Source: Prorocentrum cordatum
Lineage: Eukaryota
Direction: 5' to 3'
DNA length: 64,000 nucleotides
NCBI GenBank assembly: GCA_963575745.1
Contig: CAUYUJ010000004.1
Span: forward strand, 124,001-188,000
The position numbers and the translations under genes are program-made. A model generated the notes under the pieces. It had not been told where the DNA came from. It did not search any database and worked only from the letters and a program-made list of their open reading frames with translations. Of this stretch, positions 47,245 to 64,000 are shown piece by piece. Position 1 is the first letter of the stretch, and the number at the start of each line of letters is the position of its first letter.

Positions 47245-47446
47245 GAGAATGGTCGCAGGAAGCACTACGACAGCCGAAGGTGAGCTTTCTTTTACAGGCT
47301 GCGGTTTGCCCCGCGCCTGCCCTCTGCGGGTAGCCCCGCGATGGGCTTAGGCGGGCAGCGCCGTTGCGAAGCCTGCTCAGGGAGCACAAAGTGGTTTCCC
47401 TGTGGCTCACGTTTCTCGACTGGAGGCCGAGCCGCTTCCAGCGCCC

Positions 47447-47455
47447 AAGGAGAGG
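47447..47455 (+). promoter_or_regulatory. Polypurine tract
   Basis: AAGGAGAGG abutting the 3' LTR. Confidence 0.85.
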
Positions 47456-47613
47456 TGCTGGGAAGTTTGTAGTTTTACATATATATGTGATTATAGAGAA
47501 TATAATCAGACTGTCCTGGAGGATCCAGGAAATCCTGCAGCCCTTTGTTGCTCGAGGAAAAGAGCGACCCTCACCTCCCCCCTTTCTCCGCGAGGGGGGT
47601 GGGTGCGCGTGCA
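47456..47613 (+). repeat. 3' LTR (158 bp)
   Basis: Matches the 5' LTR and is followed by the TSD GAAGG. Confidence 0.96.
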
Positions 47614-48026
47614 GAAGGCATAGTTCGGAGATTGGCAGTGAGCTTAGCTCTGCCCATCCAGCAACCTGTTCGACCAGTTGTGCAGTGATATCTAGAGACC
47701 GCCAGCGGGCTACACCACACCAAGAACCAAAAACCAAGAAAGGAACCAAGAGCCAGCAAAGGCGAGATTGGAGGAATCAGCAAAGGAGAGATTTCAGGAT
47801 CCACACCGCACTGCACCGCACTACACCACCCCGCACGAATACCACGCCACACCGCACCACGCCGCACCACGCCGCACCGCACCACACTAGACACCACTTC
47901 TCACCAGTACGCACCATCAGACGACGACACTACAGCTCAAGAGGCCCCCAGGAAGCGCCACGAGGTCACCGAGGCTCTCAGGAGAGGCCCAAGTCTCTAT
48001 TTTCCTCCAGCGTTGTCGTCGTTGTT

Positions 48027-48845
48027 GCCATTCTGGCTCACAGTGTTGCAGTGTGGCTGTGAGCTTAGCTGCGCCTACCAGCAATCGTTTCCGCCTACCA
48101 GCAATTTTCCCGCGGCCGGCATGGAGAAGCGCCCGTGCGCTCTGGTAACCTTGCTAGCCACGGGGGCCCCTTGGAGCGAGCGTGGAGAATGTCGGTCGTC
48201 GGCATTCTCGCACCACCTTCAGCTTCGACGGTGCGGTCGGCGCGCTGCGCTTCGCTCCGCATGGCCTGGAAGGTGATGGCGAGGATTGCACCGCGAGGGC
48301 AGTGAGCGTAGCTCAGCCCACCCCGTCTGCTCTGACAGGAAGCGCGGCCATCCCTGAGGGCCGGCCGTGATGTGAATGGTGCGGAGGCGCCGAGAATGCA
48401 ATCTTCGACGTTTGCAAGAGGTGCGGCCTGGACGTGCGCAACGACGTGCAGCAGTGCTTTGATTTCGCGAGCACTTGGGCTTCTGACTCGGCTGTCGCTC
48501 GTGACACCGCATTGGAGCACGTGTTCTACGACGGCGGAGTCCACTGCGGGGTGGACTCTGTCACGATTCGTGCATTAGTCGACCAGGTCGCTCCGGGAGT
48601 TGGGACATGGAGCGGCAGCCCAGCGATGGGACGTGCAGGAAATGTTCGACAAGGTGAACCGCAATGTGGACTTGTTGGAGTGGATGCCAGGCATGAAGTT
48701 TGGCCACTTGTTGCTGCCGTGCGCCGCCGCAGAGGTGAGCTCCGAAACAGGCAAAGGCGCGTCGGTCCTCTGCTTTCCATTCCTTCATGCTCACGCGGGT
48801 CTGGAGGTCGAAAGCGCTATAACAGCACTCTGCATTCTGGCTTGG
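48027..48845 (+). pseudogene. SL-headed decayed retrocopy with a CxxC...CxxC finger
   Basis: GCCATTCTGGCTCA at 48027-48040; ATG at 48121; one frame reads ...IPEGRP*CEWCGGAENAIFDVCKRCGLDV...QCFDF, with frameshifts. Confidence 0.45.
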
Positions 48846-49529
48846 TCGACGACGACGACGACGACGACGCCGACGCGGGCGACGACGACGACGACGACGC
48901 GACGACGACGTCGAGACAGCGACGACGACGACGACTACGACGTCAATGGTGACGCCGACGGCGAGCGGAACGCACGCGCCCATCGTGGTTTTGGCACGAT
49001 GTGGCCGCGTTGCGCAATTAGGGCAGATCGCCCATCACGCCTACGGGCTCGCCACTTTTTGTTGTGATGCGTGTTGCGCCCTCCTCCATTGGCCCCGCCT
49101 TCGTGGCAGCAGCTCCTCGTTGCGGCTAACGCCCGGGGACATGCAGGCGCGGCGGCCACCGCGGGATGCCCCAGACACGCGCCACTCTCGAGCTTTTATT
49201 GGCACGATCTGGCCACCTTGCGAAATTAGGGCACCCACTCCCCGTCAAACACGCGCGCGCACATTTAAAACGCAAACGCACACAAATCACACACACAACA
49301 AACAAACACAGAAAGACACGCATAGAATTTGAACCCTTTCCCCCGCTGCCATGGGGGTGAGGGGGCGCGCCATTTTTTGTTTGGATGTCGATCGGGCCCT
49401 GGCGAGGCCTGGAAGTCGAACCTCCGATGCTTCGTCTACCGCGCTCGTGCGCAGTAGACGCGTCGAGCGTTACGCAACGTGTTGGCTGAATTGCACCCGC
49501 CTTTGCAGCAGGAGCAATAGCACTAGGTT

Positions 49530-51345
<1,816 letters not shown>

Positions 51346-52359
51346 CGTATCCAAGGCAATAGGGAGGCCTCTTGGAGGCCGTTTTGGGGCCTCTTGGGCT
51401 CTCTTTTGAGCCTCTGGGGAACGTCCGAAGGCTCTCTGGGTCGCCTCTTGGAGCGTCTTGGGGGCCTGATGAGGCCATCTTGGGGGCGATCGGTCGCAGA
51501 TGGGGCGAGCATTTTTCAGTGTCCCCCCCTGGGGGCGACGATCCTCGTGAGGGGTGTCGAATTTTAGCTCTCCCAGGGATAGAAAAAAGGACCCTCTGAC
51601 CACCCGCGGAAGGCCCCCTCCAGGTCCAGGGGGAGGGGGTAGGAGGAGGGGTAAACCCCTCCCCGAAGGGGAAGAAGGGGGGTTGAGAACAGAGCGGACT
51701 CCCTAAACCACTCACGCCCAAAGGGCTGGTGGGATTGGGGAGCCGGAAGAGGACCAGTGTAAACCCAAGGCGCGCCGACGAGGTTGCAATAAACCCCCGT
51801 CCGAGTTACATTTCCGCCTGCCCCTGCAAAACATTGTTTTCATGGCGGGAAGCGCCCCGTTGGAAGGCAACCGTCTGAGAATTCCCAATCGTACCAGAAC
51901 GCCTTTCCTGGGACTCACGCCGCCTGTTGCGTCCTGGCCATTGAACCCTGCCAGAAGACCATTCCTGGGACTTCAGCGCCGCGAATGAACGTAACTGTTG
52001 CGTCATGGCAAGTCTAAGCCGTGCGAGAACTCTGGGGATTTCAACCCTACGGTGCCCCGAACGCACATTCTTAAGACATTCTTGAGACGAGTGGTTGCGG
52101 CGCCCAGGCGATAACCACTTTTTGAAGCCGGCCCGCCCTCCATCTTTGAAGCTGGTGCAAACGTTTAAGGCGAATGCGCGCGGCGGTCAAACGAACGCCA
52201 CAGTTCGAAAACCACCCGCCATCTGTTCGGTGTCGCACGCTTTCAAGCTTCATGCTCAAAAAGTGGTGGGGCAGTACCATGTTGTCTGCGGCAAGTTTCG
52301 CCACCGTGCCAGCCCAGCATCCTGGGGGGGTGACTGTTCGAGGCTGGGAGAGTCGCCAT

Positions 52360-52935
52360 GGGGATGATGATGTTGATGTTGATGTGGTTCTTGATGATGA
52401 GGACGACGGCGATGACAATGGATGATGCTGGTGATGGTGATGGTGATGGTGATGGTGATGGTGATGGTGGTGATGCTGATGATGATATTGATGACCCTAT
52501 GTATGGTGAAGCAGATGATGATGATGACCAGGCTGACGATCATAATGACGATGCTGCTATTGATGATGATGATGATGCTGATCATAATGCTGATGTCGGT
52601 GATGGGGATACAGATGATACTGATTGTGAAGATGACGGTGGCGATGAGGATGATAATGATGATGATTCGGATCGTCCTGGTCCTAATAATGATGACGATG
52701 ATGATTGTGTTGTTGATGATCATGAAGATGAAACAGACGATTATGATGATGATGATGAGGATTCGGATCATCCTGGTCCTAATAATGATGGCGATGATGA
52801 TTGTGTTGTTGATGATCATGAAGATGAAGCAGACGATTATGATTATGATGATGAGGAGGATGAGGAGAAAGATGAGGATGATGCATATGCTGCTGATGAT
52901 GACGAGGATAATGATGCTGATGCTGATGATGATGC

Positions 52936-52977
<42 letters not shown>

Positions 52978-53048
52978 GGATGAGGATGAGGATGAGGATG
53001 AGGAGGAGGAGAAGTAGAGGGAGGAAGAAAAGGAGGAGGAGGAAGAAG
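52360..53048. repeat. (GAT)n/(GAG)n tract abutting the LINE 3' end
   Basis: Direct observation; includes an internal duplication around TCGGATC..CCTGGTCCTAATAAT. Confidence 0.9.
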
Positions 53049-53531
53049 TGTACCGTCAAATGTGTCTCCTGTCGTCTGCACTATTTGAGGAGCTCTCATA
53101 GAACTCGTGGAAGGTCTTCGCGGCCACGCTCTGCAGCGCCTGCTCGAGGAACGAGCTGTCGTGGGCCAACCTGTCACCATCGAAACTTTGGTCCGGCAGC
53201 TGGGACCGAGAAAAATTGACGATAATCATAAAGGCCCTCACCCCAAAGAAGTCGTCGAAAAATATGTCGTACCTCTGAATTCATGGAAGAGCCGGCCAGA
53301 GGGTCTCATCGTGGCCGGAGACGGAGTCTATGAAGAAATTGCACGTGAATTATGAGGCTGCCGATGGTCCCTGCTGCCTGTTGTGCAGCACCCGCGAGGC
53401 GGTGGAGCCGAGGCTCCCGTCGCCCCCGGGGGGGCCGGGCGCCGCCGCCCTGGGCCCGAGGGCCCCCAGGAGGGGCAGCGGCGCCGGCACGTGGGCCCAT
53501 CAGGGAGCCTGCTCCGCGGCCCATGCCCGGG

Positions 53532-54260
53532 CTAGCGGCGGCCGCGGCCACCGCCGCCACCTCGGCCCCCCTCCGTCCGGCGGTGCTTGCGCCCAGGGAG
53601 CTCGTCATCGCCGTCTCCGTTCTTCCCGGCAAGCCAATCAACCAAGTACTTCACGAGCGGGCCGTCCTCAGTCTTGGCCGGAGCCACGGTGAGGTTGTCG
53701 TACTTGGTCTCATACGCTGCCGCGATGACGAGGGCATCACGAAACTCCTGCGGCGCTGCCATGGCCACCACGAGGTACCACACCCACGGGCGTGTCGGGT
53801 CCGCGTGCGGGTCCAGGTGCTTGGGCTTGAGGCGGAAGACTGACCGCTCGATGGCCGGGCCGTCCATGTTGTTGAGGTAGTCGAGAGCGGTCTTCACCCT
53901 CGCGTCGTGCTGGCTGCCGTCCCCCTTCTGCTTGTAGGTGTCCTTCATCGTGACCACCATGCGCGCGAAGAGGATCACACGCTGCGAGCACCCGGCGGGA
54001 TGTGGAGACCCGTCCGACGGCTTGGCATCCCGCCACTCCTTCCGCTGCTTCACCACCTGGTCTTTGACTGCTGGGTCTTTGAGCACTACAGCGATCGTGG
54101 ACCGATCCGCGAGCTCGGCGATCGCCCTGTCGTGTGCCACAAGCAACTGGGCCATCGCTCGCTGGACGCCTCCGGGGCGCGCCCCGGGCCTGGCCTGCAA
54201 CGCCGGCGCCGGCTGACTGGCTCCCGCCGCCGCCGCTCCGTCGAGAAGCGCCTGCGCCAT
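53532..54260 (-). CDS. 242-aa uncharacterised ORF downstream of, and overlapping, the LINE RT ORF
   Basis: Intact, non-repetitive, GC3-rich frame MAQALLDG...MAQLLVAHDRAIAEL...PWVWYLVVAM...GRGRR*. Confidence 0.65.
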   Translation of the reverse strand: MAQALLDGAAAAGASQPAPALQARPGARPGGVQRAMAQLLVAHDRAIAELADRSTIAVVLKDPAVKDQVVKQRKEWRDAKPSDGSPHPAGCSQRVILFARMVVTMKDTYKQKGDGSQHDARVKTALDYLNNMDGPAIERSVFRLKPKHLDPHADPTRPWVWYLVVAMAAPQEFRDALVIAAAYETKYDNLTVAPAKTEDGPLVKYLVDWLAGKNGDGDDELPGRKHRRTEGGRGGGGGRGRR

Positions 54261-57200
54261 GACTACTGGCAGGAAGCGCTGTCCAACGAGCGTGCTGAGC
54301 CGAGGCTTCCGCTGGCGTAAGCATGTGTTTGTACTGACCAACTGGAATGCCACTCACAACGCAACGTTTACGGCATGCACCAGAATGAACACGCAAATGG
54401 AAAATGGATGGATATCGGAGGCCACAATGCTCACAACACAACGTCCATTGCATGACAGCGGCCGGACCGTATTGTTTCAACTGCGATGCCAAGATCCGTG
54501 CCCTCGCCTCCTGCACGGCTTGCTCCGGATGCGGGAGCCCAGGGGGAAGGGCAAGGGGAGGGGGGGAGGGGGGAGGGGGAGGGGGAGCGGAGGCAGAGGA
54601 GGAGGAGGAGGCAGCCGCAACAGCAGAGGGAGGAGGCGAGGGAGGAGGAGGGCCAAGGAGAGGGACAAGGTCAAGAATTTTGTCGTGTTGACCCTGCGCA
54701 ACCGCCGCCTGTCCGGCAGGTGTCTGCCGCCCTGGTTGCCTCCGCTTTTGTTGCCGCGCCGTCAGAGTACGAGAGCTCTCTCCGACAGCCTTGCAACTGA
54801 GCCTCTGGTGTTGTTTCAAGCTTCGGCGCTGCACCTGCGTACCACAATTCGGACATGGGACAAGCTCGAGAGACTGTGCTGTGGCCGGGCGACGGGCCGG
54901 GCGAGGGGCGACATCCTCGTGAGCCACCACCGCCGCGGTGTCCGGCCGAGTGTTGCGAGGAATGCGTCTGCCCACGTCGTCAGCACGAAGCTCCCGACGC
55001 ACGCGCAACTTTTCCTCCTCCTCCTCTGCGTTGCGCATGTGGTGAGAGTCTAACGAATCCACCTTGCGACGCCATGCTGTCCAGGCCCCGACCGCGCGCT
55101 GCCAAGCCTCCCGGCTCGCAGCCACCGTCTTCCAAGCGTGTTCGTCGTCGGCTGGGTGACCGCCTTCTCGCATAACCTGACGGAGAAGTTCCCGGCTCTG
55201 GCTCCGCCACGTCGTACCCTGCTTACTGGCGCGGGGCACGGAGCCTTCCGGAGCGAGCTGTCCGAAAGCGAGCTGGCGTTCCAAGCGGTCCGTGGGGTAA
55301 CGACACAAGTGACCAAGGTAGCCAAGCTTGCGTTTACCGATGGCAGTCTCAACAGTGTCAATGCCGACCCGCTCGCGCAAGTCTTGCATTGTCAACTTTC
55401 CTTTCATGTCCATCATGGTAAACTTCTGGCTGAGGGCAATGCCCCGGACACAACGATTCATGAATGACTGATACATGCCCAATTCCTTCGTGGTGAATGG
55501 TCTCACCTCCGACCCGTAGAGTAGGGATGCCTCCACTGTCGCCCTGAGCACCTCGCCTTTTTGGCGTAAGGTTAGTCCCAGGCGCGGGAGTTGCCTGTAG
55601 ACTTTGTACCAGATCTTATTGGCCTTCTTAATCCGCTCATTGGTACCTTTCAGGGTGTCACCGGTGGAGGACAGCCAACAACCGAGCAACTCTGCGTGTT
55701 CCGTAAACTGCAATTCCTCCGCGGGCTCCGAGGCAGGGTCTGGGCGGCCGCGGCGGGCAGGACCCTTGCCGCGTAACCTGCGTGCCTTGCCGGGCGCGGG
55801 GACCGGGGCTGGGGCAGAGGGCTGTGCCACGAGGGAGGAACGGTCTGCCGGCCCTTTGCCTCGAAGTCGTCGCCTACTCGGGATTGGGGGGTCGACCGCT
55901 CTCTTAAAGCGCACAAGCTGCCACTTGTCCGGGTGTACAACTTCGCACCAGTCCGACAGAATGCGCGTGACCAGGCGCTTGCGGTCCTGGACCGTCGAAA
56001 CCCGTTCGAGTAGGGTCGTATCATCGGCAAAACACAGCATGCGCAACAGCACTTTCTCCCATTCTTCCTGCACGCGCTTGAAAGCATGCGCCTGCAGACC
56101 ACCAATGGGAGCCTCGGGATGAGTGCGTACCTCCACCGCCGGTCCTCCTGCAGAGTCCATGTGGTTACAGTAATCCCGCAGGACGGCATTGTGAAAGAAC
56201 AGGTACACTACGCAAGAAGATGGACAGCCTTCTCTCAAACCTTTCGCCAGTTGGTACCGCTCGCTAACCCCAAGCTGATTGCGGCACACATAGTGTGTGT
56301 CAGAGTGAATGTGTGTCAGCAAGTTCACAACATGAGCGGGCACGCCTTCGTTGCTGAGGATTCGCCAGGCCGCGTTCCGAGGAACGCTGGGATAGGCCTT
56401 CTGGATGTCCAGCAAAGCCACGCAGAGATCATCCAGGTCCTCGCTGCGAACCTTGGTGACCGTTTCGACTAGCAGCCGCGCCACGAGGACCACATCTATA
56501 CAAGACCGGTGGGCTTGAAACCCCCACTGGTCGGCTCGAAAGATGTGGTGTTGGCGAGCATAATCGCTGAGTCAAACTGCTACGACGCGTGCAACCACTC
56601 TACTCACGATCGACAACAGACAGATACCACGATAGTTGGTCAGCTTGCTGCGGTCGCCCTTTTTGAACAGGGCTATCACTTCCGCTGCATGTGCCTCCTC
56701 CTCCCAACTATCTGGCGCCTGCCAGTACCGGCGTACAAGGTCAAAGAAACGCTGTTGCAGAGCAGGGGCCGCAAGGCGAAGCATATTTATCGTCACCTCG
56801 TCCGGGCCTGCAGCGCTTTCCTTCATTTTTCCACACCTTCTGTATCTCTGCACCGGAAGGAATATCCGCGAGAGACTCCTGGGTGGGGCGAGCAGCCGGG
56901 AGGCGTTCCAGCACTGACTCCGCGACAATCGATTCGTCCCGTCCGATGCTGTGGAAATGCTCCCGGAGCTGCTCTGGTGTGTGTTGAATCCGACCTTTCA
57001 TTGTGCTGCCCGACATCGTAACGCCGAGTTCTCTCAAGCCTGCATAGAAACGGCCCTTGTCCCCCAGTGCCGTGGCGTGTTCTAGCTCACGCACAACGCT
57101 GTCAACCCATGCCCTGCGCCACGTCCGTCGCTTCCGACGGAAAGCCGCCTTCTCCTGGCGTAATTGTTCTCGTAACTGCACCTCCCGGCTGGCAGCAGGA

Positions 57201-57574
57201 GGAGAGGGAGGGGCAGCAGCAGCAGGGGGAGGGAAGAGCGGGGGAGGGGGAGGGGGAGAGGAGGAGACACCACAAGCTGGATCCGCCTGGTCAGAACTCG
57301 CGCGGGGGGACCGGCCCCCGGGGCCCGAGCGAGAAGCAACGCCACCAGCTGGATTCGACCGGTCAGAACGCCTCGCTCCGCCCCCCTGCGCTTTCCGGCA
57401 CTGTTCGGCGAGTTGCCGCAGACGTTGTCGGGTGGCCATAACCTCATCCGCATGACCATCCATGTAAGGCACTCCAAGGTTCCGTCTCCCCCGGGGTGCA
57501 ACAGACTCCATAGAGTCAACACACATGCGCACAACTTCCGGCCAACTACAGTCAATTGGTGCCTCCTGTGCCAA
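53737..57574 (-). pseudogene. LINE reverse transcriptase ORF with a frameshift (~56826-56830) and an in-frame TGA (56572-56574)
   Basis: SAAGPDEV, LFKKGDRSKLTNYRGICLLS, QWGF, LDIQKAYPSV, GLREGCPSS, LCFADDT, LGYLGHLCR, AASREAW; fingers CPNC...HQRLSC and CEHC...HSGAC. Confidence 0.9.
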
Positions 57575-57589
57575 ACGATCGGTCTCATT

Positions 57590-58290
57590 AGTAAGTAACG
57601 ACGAGTAGCGGGTAGTGATTAGTGAGTAGCGAGTAGGGAGTAGCGAGTAGTGAGTAGTGAGTGCTGAGTAGGGAGTAGGGAGTAGTGAGCAGTGAGTAGT
57701 AAGAAGTGGGTAGCGAATAGTGGGTAGGAAGTAGCGATTGGTGAGTAGTGACTAGTGACTAGTGACTAGTGACTAGTGAGTTGTTACTAGTGACTGGAAA
57801 GTATGTAGTGATTAGTGAGTAGGGAGTAGTAAGTAGTGAGTAGTGAATAGTGAGTAGCGGGAAGTATGTAGCGAGTATTGAGTAGCGAGTATGGGAGTAG
57901 CGAGTAGCGAGTACTGAGTACTGTGTAGTCAGTATTGTGTAGGGGGTAGGGAGTAGCGAGTAGCGAGTAGTGGGTAGTGAGTAGTGATTTGTGGGCAATG
58001 AGTAGTTAGTAGTGAGTAGTGAGTAGTGGATAGTGGGTAGTGGGTAATGAGTAGTGGGTAGTGGGTACTGAGTAGTGATTATTGAGTAGTGAATAGGGAG
58101 TAGTGAGTAGTGCTTAGTGAGTAGTGAGTATTGAGTAGTGGGTAGTGAGGAGTGAGTAGTGAGTAGGGAGGAGGGAGTAGTGAGTAGGGAGTAGTGAGTA
58201 ACCAGTAGTGGGTGGTGGGTAGTGAGTAGTGGATAGTGAGTAGTGAGTCGTGAGTAGCGAATAGCGAGTAGTGAGTAGGGGGTAGTGAGT
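57590..58290. repeat. Degenerate (GAGTAGT)n heptamer satellite
   Basis: Direct observation. Confidence 0.92.
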
Positions 58291-58649
58291 AGGGGGCTGG
58301 GGTTAGTGGTTAGGGGGTAGGGGGCCCCTCGTGACTCCCTTTGGGGCTGGGGTTAGTGGTTAGGGTTCGGATTCGGGGTTTGGGTTCGGGTGGGGACTAG
58401 GGGTACGGGTGGCGGGGGTCGGGTTCCGGCGTCAGGGGGCGGCGTGTCGAAAGGGGGGGAGGGGGTTTCGGACACCCCACCCCCTTTTGAAAGGCGGGGA
58501 GGGGGGGGGGGGTTCCCCGACGACGGATCGGGGAAGGGAGGGAGGGGGAGGGGGGGGTTGCCCGACGACGGATCGGGGAAGGGGGGGGAGGGGGGGGGGG
58601 TAGGACCCCCCCCCCCTGGGGAGATCCAGCGGCGCACCCTCGCTGATTA

Positions 58650-63350
<4,701 letters not shown>

Positions 63351-64000
63351 CTGAAGAGGACGGCGAGGAGACAGGATGCGGGAGACAGGATGCGGGAGGC
63401 AGGACGAGTCCCCCAATGAACTCTCCCCCCAACTGCCCCGCCTGCTCCTTGTATGCCCCTTTCTCCTCGCTGCCCGTCCCCTGCCAGCCTCCCTTGGGAT
63501 AACGCAGCGTGCTGATCCTCGTCGCCGTCGCCACATCTGCCCCCGCTTTCTTCCCGCGCCGCTGCCAACCCCCCAAGGATCCGCGGGGCCCACGTGCGCA
63601 TCGCGTCGGACCCAGAGCTGGGGCATGCCGGGTGTGCGAACCATCGCGGCCCAGAGTACTTCGACCTGCTCGACCTCCCCTTTTTCCTATTGTTGCTGCT
63701 TGTCTTCGTCGCCGTCGTCGTCGTCGTCCCCCTCCCTTCTCCCTCTCTCTCCCTCCCTCTCCCTCCCTCCATATTCTCTCTTAGGCTCCGGCCCGTGTCG
63801 TGGCCGGCAGATCTTCGGCTGCGCAGGGCGGCAGCCACGCGCCGCCGCGCCACGGCCGGAGTTCCCCGCAGAGGGGGTCCTGCGCCATGGCGGCCTGCCG
63901 GTGTCGCTGGGCATCCACACCGTGCTGCCGTTCGTCTGTGTCTCTGGCTGCGCCGCAGGCGTGCAACTGCTTCGCGTGCGTATCGCTGCCAGAACTGCAG

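Larger units (their letters stand above)
40530..47613 (+). mobile_element. Full-length Ty1/copia LTR retrotransposon (7084 bp)
   Basis: TG...CA LTRs, 5-bp TSD GAAGG (40525-40529 and 47614-47618), PBS, PPT, and copia domain order Gag-PR-IN-RT-RH. Confidence 0.97.
53050..57590 (-). mobile_element. 5'-truncated non-LTR retrotransposon (RTE-like LINE)
   Basis: RT motifs plus an RTE-like C-terminus; no endonuclease domain is visible before the satellite at 57590; 3' end runs into a (CTT/CTC/CAT)n tract. Confidence 0.85.

Noticed and set aside
51460..51520. Hammerhead ribozyme core (CTGATGAG)
   Set aside because: No correctly placed GAAA or stem II follows.
51740..52357. Possible decayed coding fragment on the minus strand
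   Set aside because: Non-repetitive, but no recognisable motif and stops in the candidate frames.
53056..53355. Small ORFs on both strands at the LINE 3' end
   Set aside because: Short, interrupted and without motifs; treated as 3' UTR.
58298..58405. Interstitial telomere
   Set aside because: Only two TTAGGG units among degenerate G-rich hexamers; no TTTAGGG array.
63360..64000. Candidate His-containing exon of the carboxylesterase (acceptor-like site at ~63784)
   Set aside because: No frame gives a convincing G-x-x-H motif; unresolved at the window edge.

Overview
Eukaryotic, repeat-saturated DNA, almost certainly from a dinoflagellate. The evidence is relict DinoSL spliced-leader copies, a dinoflagellate-type 28S D2/D3 fragment, and GC-AG splice junctions. 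Most ORFs in the supplied track are artefacts of triplet microsatellites. The real coding content is: (1) three tiny exons of a phospholipase/carboxylesterase (Abhydrolase_2/APT-like) gene at ~632-721, ~21760-21800 and 38368-38441, so at least 38 kb of the window is intron; (2) a complete, very young Ty1/copia element (40530-47613; identical 158-bp LTRs, GAAGG TSD, tRNA-Met PBS, PPT). It has non-canonical features: a transmembrane + SAP-like extension after RNase H, a 623-codon overlapping frame ending in a ZZ-like finger and NLS-like tail, and about 10 copies of a GCGG-N6-CCGC dyad at domain boundaries; (3) a 5'-truncated RTE-like LINE on the minus strand (~53050-57590) with an extra downstream ORF; (4) several spliced-leader-headed, intronless decayed retrocopies. 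The remainder is SINE/MITE-like families, foldback elements, and micro-, mini- and macrosatellites. All domain calls are by motif recognition; no searches were run.
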